Shown: positions 57,194 through 64,000 of the stretch, in pieces
How the letters are laid out: every line of letters begins with the position of its first letter
How positions within the stretch are numbered: the first letter of the stretch is position 1
NCBI RefSeq assembly: GCF_049316945.1
Contig: NZ_JBMOJE010000012.1
Location: 3,752-67,751 of the forward strand
Direction: 5' to 3'
Length of the DNA: 64,000 bases
From: Propionivibrio sp.
GTDB taxonomy: Bacteria > Pseudomonadota > Gammaproteobacteria > Burkholderiales > Rhodocyclaceae
Translations under genes and position numbers: made by a program
Notes under the pieces: model-generated
Seen by the model: only the letters and a program-made list of their open reading frames with translations
What the model was told of the DNA's origin: nothing
Database searches by the model: none

Positions 57194-57871
57194 CTAGCGC
57201 ATCTGGCGTTGCAGGATGTTGGAAAACTCTTCCATGAACGACTCGAAGCGTGTCGACAGGCGGTCGATCTCATGCGCGAAGCGGTTGTAGGCGACCACTG
57301 CCGGAATCGCCGCGAAGAGGCCGATGGCGGTTGCCACGAGTGCTTCGGCGATGCCCGGCGCAACGGCGGAAAGCGTGGCCTGCCCGACATTGGCGAGGCC
57401 GCGGAAGGAATGCATGATGCCCCACACGGTACCGAACAGGCCGACATAGGGGCTGACCGAGCCGACCGAGGCGAGGAAGGCGAGATGCGCGTCGATGCTG
57501 TCGACTTCGCGCTGGTAGGTGGCGCGCATGGCGCGGCGCGAGCCGTCGATGATGTCCTTCTGGTCGAGGTTTTTCTGGCTGCGCAATTTGTTGAATTCGC
57601 GGAAGCCGGATTCGAAGATGCGCTCCATGCTGCCGGTGCCATGCCGGTTATTGACGGCGCTCTGAAACAGGCTGTTAAGGTCGCCGCCACTCCAGAAGTC
57701 ACGCTCGAACTGCTCGGTTTGCGTTCGCGCCAGCTTCACGGTGAACCACTTGCGGAAGATGTAGTACCACGACATGAAGGAAACACCGGCGAGCAGCAGC
57801 ATGACGGCCTGAACCACCGCGCTGGCATTGAGGATCAGATGGAGGATGGAGAGGTCTTGCGAAACGTTCAT
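57194..57871 (-). CDS. tolQ: Tol-Pal system protein TolQ (MotA/ExbB family)
   Basis: It has three TM segments. GLFGTVWGIM and PGIAEALVATAIGL motifs are present. An ATGA overlap links it to ybgC. Confidence 0.95.
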   Translation of the reverse strand: MNVSQDLSILHLILNASAVVQAVMLLLAGVSFMSWYYIFRKWFTVKLARTQTEQFERDFWSGGDLNSLFQSAVNNRHGTGSMERIFESGFREFNKLRSQKNLDQKDIIDGSRRAMRATYQREVDSIDAHLAFLASVGSVSPYVGLFGTVWGIMHSFRGLANVGQATLSAVAPGIAEALVATAIGLFAAIPAVVAYNRFAHEIDRLSTRFESFMEEFSNILQRQMR

Positions 57872-58311
57872 TGGAGGGCTTCCAGTTTGGTGCGCAACAG
57901 TGCGGGAATGGAGGTGATTTTCATCAGGGCGGCGTTGACACAGACGATCTGGATCCTGGCGCTGACCAGTTCATCCCAGCCTCCCGCGACGGCCGGATTG
58001 AGCCGCCGGATGTGCTGGCGAAAGAAAATCTGCGAGCGGGTAATTTTTTCAACTTCGAGGCCGACCGAGAGCAGTTCATCGAGTCGCGCCGGTTTCAGGT
58101 ACTCGATACTGACGCTGCGCACGACAAAGGCAATGCCCGGGTCGCGCAGCATATCCGCTTGCTCATGGCCGATGTCGCGCAGCCATTCGGTACGGCAGCG
58201 CTCCAGAAACTTCAGATAGTTGGCGTAATAAACCACGCCGCCGGCGTCGGTGTCTTCGTAGTAAATGCGGACGGGAAAGGTGAAAGCGTTTGGTTTTTGT
58301 TCGTGTTTCAT
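57868..58311 (-). CDS. ybgC: Tol-Pal-associated acyl-CoA thioesterase (4HBT family)
   Basis: VRIYYEDTDAGGVVYYANYLKF is the hot-dog thioesterase signature. It is the first gene of the tol cluster. Confidence 0.9.
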   Translation of the reverse strand: MKHEQKPNAFTFPVRIYYEDTDAGGVVYYANYLKFLERCRTEWLRDIGHEQADMLRDPGIAFVVRSVSIEYLKPARLDELLSVGLEVEKITRSQIFFRQHIRRLNPAVAGGWDELVSARIQIVCVNAALMKITSIPALLRTKLEALQ

Positions 58312-58400
58312 GGGCGCAATCTTAATTCAGCACACTGGCTGGCAATGTAAGTGTTTGTGACTGAGAGGCTTTGAATTAATTGGCACAAACATCCAAGACC

Positions 58401-58500
58401 GTCATTCCGGCGAAGGCCGGAATCCAGTGCGCACCTCTGATATTCATGAAAACAATCAGATAGACGAACTGGACCCCGGCCTTCGCCGGGGTGACGAGCG
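58401..58500. repeat. REP unit: GTCATTCCGGCGAAGGCCGGAATCCAG hairpin plus CCCCGGCCTTCGCCGGGG hairpin
   Basis: It has the same two-hairpin architecture and spacer sequence (..ATCAGAT.GACGAA..) as 45330-45440. It is intergenic between ruvB and ybgC. Confidence 0.75.
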
Positions 58501-58549
58501 AGGAGATTCTGCTGAAATGAATCCTTCACAACCTCTGAGGTCAAAATCC

Positions 58550-59638
58550 TCACTGCGTCCGCCACAGTTCATTCTGGGCATTGGGGGCGGGGTTGGCGAG
58601 GCCGAGGTGGCGATAGACTGCGGCGGTGGCGACGCGGCCGCGCGGGGTGCGTTGCAGGTAGCCCTGCATGATCAGATAGGGTTCGAGCACGTCCTCGATG
58701 GTGTCGCGGGCTTCGCCAATGGCGGCGGCGAGGTTATCAACGCCGACCGGGCCGCCGGCGAACTTGTCGATGATGGCCGACAGCAATTTGCGATCCATGA
58801 TGTCGAGGCCGCCGTGGTCGACATCGAGCATGATCAGCGCCAGGTCGGCCACTTCCTGCGTGATATGTCCGGCGGCCTTGACCTCGGCGAAGTCGCGTAC
58901 CCGGCGCAACAGGCGGTTGGCAATGCGCGGCGTGCCGCGCGAGCGCTTGGCAATTTCCAGCGCGCCACCCGGATCGGCAGGCACTTTAAGCAACTGCGAC
59001 GAGCGCGTGACGATCAGCATGAGTTCTTCCGGCGTGTAGAACTCGAGCCGCGCGACGATGCCGAAACGGTCGCGTAGCGGATTGGTCAGCATGCCGGCGC
59101 GGGTGGTGGCGCCGACCAGGGTAAACGGCGGCAGGTCGAGCTTGACCGACCGCGCGGCAGGGCCTTCGCCGATCATGATGTCGATCTGGAAGTCTTCCAG
59201 CGCCGGGTAAAGAATCTCCTCAACCACCGGCGACAGGCGATGAATCTCGTCGATGAACAATACGTCGTGAGGTTCGAGATTGGTCAGGATGGCGGCCAGA
59301 TCGCCGGCACGCTCAAGCACCGGGCCGGAAGTCGAGCGCATGTTGACGCCCATCTCGGTGGCGATGATGTGCGCCAAGGTGGTCTTGCCCAGACCGGGCG
59401 GGCCGAACAACAGCACGTGGTCGAGCGTGTCCTGGCGTCGCCTGGCGGCTTCGATGAAGATCGACAACTGTTCGCGAATCTTCACCTGGCCCACGTAGTC
59501 GGCAAGCCGTTTGGGGCGCAAGGCACGCTCGATCGCCTCTTCCTGCGTCGATTTCGATTCTGCCGAAATCAGCCGGTCGACCGGCGTTTCGCTGAAGTTG
59601 TCGGCGAATTTGTCTGCGAATTTATCTATTTCGATCAT
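58550..59638 (-). CDS. ruvB: Holliday junction branch migration ATPase RuvB
   Basis: [23 protein letters not shown] and the rest of a canonical RuvB are present. ATG 59638 is chosen and the 75 upstream codons are rejected. Confidence 0.97.
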   Translation of the reverse strand: MIEIDKFADKFADNFSETPVDRLISAESKSTQEEAIERALRPKRLADYVGQVKIREQLSIFIEAARRRQDTLDHVLLFGPPGLGKTTLAHIIATEMGVNMRSTSGPVLERAGDLAAILTNLEPHDVLFIDEIHRLSPVVEEILYPALEDFQIDIMIGEGPAARSVKLDLPPFTLVGATTRAGMLTNPLRDRFGIVARLEFYTPEELMLIVTRSSQLLKVPADPGGALEIAKRSRGTPRIANRLLRRVRDFAEVKAAGHITQEVADLALIMLDVDHGGLDIMDRKLLSAIIDKFAGGPVGVDNLAAAIGEARDTIEDVLEPYLIMQGYLQRTPRGRVATAAVYRHLGLANPAPNAQNELWRTQ

Positions 59639-59640
59639 GG

Positions 59641-60714
59641 CTAAATGGAAGGTGCTTCGTTGTCGGAGAGGGCCAGCCACTCCCGGATCAGTACCTGGCC
59701 GAGCGCCAGCAGTGTCGGTCCGAGAAAGAGTCCGATGAAACCGAAGACGAGAACGCCGCCGAAGACCCCGACGATGACCAGTAGCAGTGGCAGGCTGGAG
59801 GTACGGGAAATCAGGATCGGCTTGACGAAATTGTCGACGCTGCTGATCCCGAACATGCCCCACAGGATCATGAAGATGGCCCAGCCGGTCTGGCCGCCGT
59901 CATAGAGCCAGGCGGCGGCGCCCAGCCAGATCAGCGTGGCGCCGACCACCGGCACCATCGAAAAGAAGAAAGTGGCAAAGGTCAGCATGACCACGCCGGG
60001 AACGCCGGCAATCATGAAGCCGACCATGGCCACCAGCGACTGTGCGGCAGCGGTGCCGACAATGCCGATCATGACCCCGGTGACCGTGCCAATGGCCAGC
60101 TTGAGCATGCGCTCGCCCAGTTCGCCGGCCAGTTTGCGACTGCCGGTATGCAGCGCGGCGGCGTAGGTATCGGCATCGCGGAACATGAAGAAAACAAAGA
60201 AAATGACCAGTACCAATTGCAGCAATCCCTGGCCAAAAAGTGACACAGTGGCCAGCGCAAGCCTGCGCGTGGGGTCGAGAAGCTGGCGCAGGAGGGTGTT
60301 CATTTCTTCCCGGCTGGCCACCAGTTTGTGCCAGTAATCGCTGATATCCGAGCCGAAGATCGGCAGCTTGGCGAGCCAGGCCGGCGGATCGTTCGGCAGT
60401 CCGCTTTCGAGCATGGGTTTGAAATAGAGAATGGCTGTTTCAACACCGTCGGCCAGCGTGCCGGAGAGCAAGGCCATGGGCGCCACCAGCAACAGCAACA
60501 GCATCAGCGAAATCAGCCCGGCGGCCAGACTGCTGCTGCCGCGACAGAGCCTGAGCAGGCGCTTGCGAACCGGCGCCGTGGTGGCGCAAATCACGGCGGC
60601 AAAAAGCAGGGTGCCGGTGAACGGCATCAGTACGGCAATGCAGCCGATCAGCAGCAGCGCCACGATGGCGGTCTGGATGATCAGCTTCTGGGCGGATGTT
60701 ATTTGTCGCATCAC
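59641..60714 (-). CDS. AI-2E family (PerM/YhhT-like) membrane transporter
   Basis: It is a polytopic membrane protein with the C-terminal FVKPILISR...[12 protein letters not shown] pattern of this family. Confidence 0.75.
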   Translation of the reverse strand: MMRQITSAQKLIIQTAIVALLLIGCIAVLMPFTGTLLFAAVICATTAPVRKRLLRLCRGSSSLAAGLISLMLLLLLVAPMALLSGTLADGVETAILYFKPMLESGLPNDPPAWLAKLPIFGSDISDYWHKLVASREEMNTLLRQLLDPTRRLALATVSLFGQGLLQLVLVIFFVFFMFRDADTYAAALHTGSRKLAGELGERMLKLAIGTVTGVMIGIVGTAAAQSLVAMVGFMIAGVPGVVMLTFATFFFSMVPVVGATLIWLGAAAWLYDGGQTGWAIFMILWGMFGISSVDNFVKPILISRTSSLPLLLVIVGVFGGVLVFGFIGLFLGPTLLALGQVLIREWLALSDNEAPSI

Positions 60715-61286
60715 AATTTCGAGAGTTGTTTGAGCGCCTGCCGGATGCCGTCCGAGATGGAAATTCCGGCCGGAAGCGGCTTCACTGCCGCCGCCGCTTC
60801 GCGGTCATTGTAACCCAGCGCCAGCAGTGCATTGAGGATGTCATGCTGGCTGTCTTCAACGGCAAAAGCCGCCGTAGGCAAGGCGTCGGCCAGTTTGCCC
60901 TTGAGTTCGAGCAACAGGCGTTCGGCTGTTTTCTTGCCGATGCCCGGCACCTTGATCAGCCGCCCGACTTCCTGGCGGGCGATGGCCTGCGCCAGATCGT
61001 TGACCGACAGACCGGAGAGCACCGCCAGCGCCATGCGTGCGCCAACGCCGGTAATCTTGATTAACTGGCGAAAGGCGAAGCGCTCGGCTTCGCTGGCGAA
61101 ACCGTAAAGAAACTGACCATCTTCGCGCACCACGAAATGGGTGAGTAGCGTAATTTTTTCGCCGGTGGATGGCAGGTTATAGAAGGTGCTCATCGGCACA
61201 TCGACCTCGTAGCCAAGGCCATGCACGTCGAGGACAACCTGCGGCGGGTTCTTCTCCAGCAATATTCCGGTAAGGCGACCGATCAT
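60711..61286 (-). CDS. ruvA: Holliday junction DNA-binding protein RuvA
   Basis: MIGRLTGIL...GLGYEV and the HhH motifs ([28 protein letters not shown]) are present. Confidence 0.95.
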   Translation of the reverse strand: MIGRLTGILLEKNPPQVVLDVHGLGYEVDVPMSTFYNLPSTGEKITLLTHFVVREDGQFLYGFASEAERFAFRQLIKITGVGARMALAVLSGLSVNDLAQAIARQEVGRLIKVPGIGKKTAERLLLELKGKLADALPTAAFAVEDSQHDILNALLALGYNDREAAAAVKPLPAGISISDGIRQALKQLSKL

Positions 61287-61328
61287 GGCGTGCTCCTGAT
61301 TAGGATGCTATTTCAAGTAAAAAATCTA

Positions 61329-61436
61329 CCGCAGAGGCGCAAAGGCGCAGAGGTAACGCAGAGTAAAGCAAAGCAAAATATCAAGAAATTTCTCGGGTTT
61401 CTCTGCGTTTCCTCTGCGCCTCCGCGCCTCTGCGGT
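61329..61436. repeat. REP-like palindromic element (CGCAGAGG units)
   Basis: CCGCAGAGGCGCAAAGGCGCAGAGGTAACGCAGAG pairs with CTCTGCGTTTCCTCTGCGCCTCCGCGCCTCTGCGG as an imperfect inverted repeat. It is intergenic between ruvC and ruvA. Confidence 0.7.
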
Positions 61437-61449
61437 GGGTGTTTGTACC

Positions 61450-61992
61450 TCATATCAACCGCCCGTTGCGCACACGAAATCCCTTCGTCGCCAGCGCGCC
61501 CGGTCCCTGACCCAATCCCTGTCCGCCGTGCGCGTGGGCGATTGCGCAGGCCAGGGCGTCGGCGGCGTCGGGGTTGGGGTCGCCGGGCAGCGACAGCAGG
61601 CGGCGCACCATGTGCTGCACCTGCGTCTTGTCGGCGTGGCCGTTGCCGACCACCGCCTGCTTGACCTGCAAGGCCGTATATTCGGCCACCTCCAGCCCGC
61701 CGGCAACCAGTGCCGTGATCGCCGCGCCGCGTGCCTGACCGAGCAGCAGGGTGGATTGCGGGTTGACGTTTACAAACACGATTTCGACCACGGCCTGGTC
61801 CGGCCGGTACTGCGCGACCAGTTCGCACAGGCCGGCGTGGATGGCGCCCAGTCGTGTCGGCAGCGAGGCCTTGGCGTCGGTCTTGATGCAACCGCTGGCC
61901 AGGTAGGCCAGCTTGTTGCCGGTTTTTTCGATGACGCCGAAGCCGGTAATGCGCAGCCCGGGGTCAATGCCGAGGATGCGGATCGTGCGCAT
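61450..61992 (-). CDS. ruvC: crossover junction endodeoxyribonuclease RuvC
   Basis: [21 protein letters not shown] and a C-terminal [12 protein letters not shown] are present. Only the last 180 codons of the 499-aa ORF in the track are RuvC. Confidence 0.95.
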   Translation of the reverse strand: MRTIRILGIDPGLRITGFGVIEKTGNKLAYLASGCIKTDAKASLPTRLGAIHAGLCELVAQYRPDQAVVEIVFVNVNPQSTLLLGQARGAAITALVAGGLEVAEYTALQVKQAVVGNGHADKTQVQHMVRRLLSLPGDPNPDAADALACAIAHAHGGQGLGQGPGALATKGFRVRNGRLI

Positions 61993-62003
61993 CGGCGCCG
62001 GGC

Positions 62004-62867
62004 TCAAACGCTTCTCCCGCGGGCCAGATAGACCCCGCCCAGCGCCAGCACCATGCCGGCCGCGGCCAGGATGGACAGCGTTTCGCCAAAGATGAGCCAG
62101 GCGATGACGGCGGTACTTGGCGGTGTCAGATAAAACAGGCGGGCGACGTTGACCGCACTGCCATTGCGAATCAGCACGGTGAGCAGGCTGATGGCGCCGA
62201 ACGAGAGTGCCAGTACCAGCCAGAGCAGGGCAAAAACAAATTCGCCGGTCCACTCGATATGCATGGTTTCGGTGGCGCAGGCGGCTATCGCCGTCAACGC
62301 GGCGCTTGGCAGGAACTGGATTACTGAGCCGGTGCGCAAATCGAAGTGGGTACAAAACCGCTTCTGGTACAGCGTGCCGGCGGTGATCGCCAGCAACGCA
62401 ACAATGGCCGGAATCACCATTGCCGCGAGCGGCAGCTTGCCCAGTTTGTTGGCCACCACCAGCGCCACCCCGGCAAAGCCGAGTGCCAGCCCCAGCCATT
62501 GCCGGCGCGTTACGCGTTCGCCGAGCAACCAGCCGGCGCCGCAGGCGGTGAGCAGCGGCTGCATGCCGACGATCAGCGCCGCTATCCCGGCCGGCAGCCC
62601 GTGACTGATGGCCACGAAAACGCCACCGAGGTAGAAGCCATGAAGCAGGGTTCCGGAAACGGCAATGTGAAAAACCTGGCGCCGGTCTTTCGGCCACGGT
62701 GCGCGGGCAAGCAGCGCGAACACTGTCATCAGCGAGAGGATCAGCAGGTAGCGGCAGAGCAGGAAGGTGAACGGCTCGGCGTAGGGCAGGCCGTACTTGG
62801 CGCCGACAAAGCCGGTGCTCCACAGGAAAACGAAGAGGAAAGGGACAAGGGCTTGCAGCGGCGGCAT
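62004..62867 (-). CDS. DMT-superfamily (EamA-like) transporter
   Basis: It has about ten TM segments in two EamA-like halves. ATG 62867 is chosen. Confidence 0.75.
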   Translation of the reverse strand: MPPLQALVPFLFVFLWSTGFVGAKYGLPYAEPFTFLLCRYLLILSLMTVFALLARAPWPKDRRQVFHIAVSGTLLHGFYLGGVFVAISHGLPAGIAALIVGMQPLLTACGAGWLLGERVTRRQWLGLALGFAGVALVVANKLGKLPLAAMVIPAIVALLAITAGTLYQKRFCTHFDLRTGSVIQFLPSAALTAIAACATETMHIEWTGEFVFALLWLVLALSFGAISLLTVLIRNGSAVNVARLFYLTPPSTAVIAWLIFGETLSILAAAGMVLALGGVYLARGRSV

Positions 62868-63116
62868 GGCATGGGCTTTTTGGAGGAGCCGACAGTATAC
62901 CGGCGCAAAGAGCGCGAAGGGCCGCAAAGAAAGTCAAAAAAAACTGCAATTTTCTTTGCTCTTACTTTGCGCCCTTTGCGTCTTCGCGCCTTCGCGGTGA
63001 AAGCTTTGCTCTTGCTGTGCGTGAAGGTTTCTAATGCAATCGACCTGTATAATCTTTAGTTGTTGAATTAATGTATATAAGTTTGTGCTAATATAACTTT
63101 TGTGACGGGGAACGAT

Positions 63117-63797
63117 ATGGCTGTAGTGACGATGGATACTGAGCAAGCGCGTTTCAACATGATAGAGCAGCAGATTCGTCCCTGGGATGTGCTGGACCCG
63201 GCCGTGCTGAGTTTGTTATCGCTCGTCAAGCGTGAGGATTTTGTGCCTGCCGCGTATAAAGACCTGGCTTTTGCCGATCTCGAAATACCCATCGGTGCCA
63301 AGGGAAATCCAGGCCAGACGATGCTGGCGCCAAAGGTCGAGGCGCGCATCCTGCAGGAACTGGCGATCAGGAATACCGACACCGTCCTTGAAATCGGAGC
63401 CGGAACCGGCTACATGGCCGCGTTGCTCGCGGCAAAAGCCGAGTACGTTTATAGCGTTGAAATTGATCCGGAACTGGCCGAAATGGCGCGCAAGAATCTC
63501 CAGCGATCCGATGTTGCCAACGTCAGTGTCGAGACCGGTGATGGCGCTCAAGGCTGGCCAGCCATGGCGCCCTACGATGTGATCGTGCTTTCCGGCTCAG
63601 TGCCGCTGCTGCCCGATACGCTTCTCAGCCAGCTCAAGATCGGCGGCCGGTTAGTAGCCATTGTCGGCGAGGCGCCGGCCATGGAGGTGCAGTTGATAAC
63701 ACGCACCGAAGAGAAGGCGTTCAGCACGATCAATGTTTTTGAAACCGTTGTCGCTCCGCTGGTCAATGCAACGCAGCACAGCAAATTTGTTTTCTAG
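63117..63797 (+). CDS. protein-L-isoaspartate O-methyltransferase family protein
   Basis: VLEIGAGTGYMAALLA is the SAM motif and the overall Pcm-like layout matches. The start is ambiguous (ATG 63117 or 63132). Confidence 0.8.
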   Translation: MAVVTMDTEQARFNMIEQQIRPWDVLDPAVLSLLSLVKREDFVPAAYKDLAFADLEIPIGAKGNPGQTMLAPKVEARILQELAIRNTDTVLEIGAGTGYMAALLAAKAEYVYSVEIDPELAEMARKNLQRSDVANVSVETGDGAQGWPAMAPYDVIVLSGSVPLLPDTLLSQLKIGGRLVAIVGEAPAMEVQLITRTEEKAFSTINVFETVVAPLVNATQHSKFVF

Positions 63798-63830
63798 CAA
63801 GAAATTGTTTTTTTCAGTGAGATCAGCCCC

Positions 63831-64000
63831 ATGCGTTTGAAGCAATCAGCAAGTCGCCTGTCACTCCTGCTCGGAGCGCTGTTATCTGCTGCGCCGGCGT
63901 TTTCGGCGGACCTCATGCAGGTCTATCGCGATGCGCTGAGCAACGACCAGCAGTATCTGGCGGCACGCGCAGTGGCCGATGCCGGTCGCGAAAAGGGACC
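63831..64000 (+). CDS. TolC-family outer membrane protein, N-terminal part (continues beyond the window)
   Basis: A signal peptide ending AFSA is followed by DLMQVYRDALSNDQQYLAARA, the typical TolC start. Confidence 0.75.
   Translation, partial: MRLKQSASRLSLLLGALLSAAPAFSADLMQVYRDALSNDQQYLAARAVADAGREKG

Noticed and set aside
61450-62949. 499-aa ORF in the track
   Set aside because: Only the last 180 codons (from ATG 61992) are RuvC. The upstream part is an out-of-frame read-through of the EamA transporter gene region and gives Arg/Pro/Ala-rich nonsense.

Overview
High-GC betaproteobacterial chromosome. The Rhodocyclales-like assignment is inferred from RecA, Tol-Pal and rib gene content; no search was run. 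Conserved backbone: leuA (3' end), ribE, then a ~29.4-kb island, then ribBA-ribH-nusB-thiL-pgpA-pncC-recA-recX-lptB-rpoN-hpf-ptsN-hprK, a PsiF-repeat protein, a cyclase-FHA protein, ttcA, an atypical UCA-anticodon tRNA, queC-PilZ-queE, cpoB-pal-tolB-[PBP-PAS-GGDEF-EAL-BLUF protein]-tolA-tolR-tolQ-ybgC, ruvB-permease-ruvA, ruvC, an EamA transporter, a pcm-like methyltransferase and the 5' end of a TolC-like gene. The island (about 1465-30892) splits the riboflavin operon. It carries a P4-type integrase, AlpA, a Toprim/DUF3631 primase-like protein and a gene II/X-like Rep candidate, plus three cargo modules on the minus strand. (1) A ~16.5-kb translationally coupled operon: WYL regulator, SNF2/DUF3883 helicase, Zn-ribbon-DUF4145, DUF1156 methyltransferase, PHP-SMC-like ATPase, AlbA_2/HATPase_c_4 protein, DUF1016-N fragment, DUF499 (BrxC-like) ATPase and a coiled-coil membrane protein. 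(2) A C39-like peptidase, a MazE/AbrB-like protein and a truncated FtsZ-like GTPase domain with a Tat-like signal. (3) A tyrosine recombinase, a GHKL-ATPase/SprT-like metallopeptidase fusion and an EEP nuclease. Modules 1 and 2 are the best candidates for undescribed biology. No rRNA genes or CRISPR arrays were seen. All family assignments come from motifs read by eye and remembered family signatures; nothing was searched or computed.
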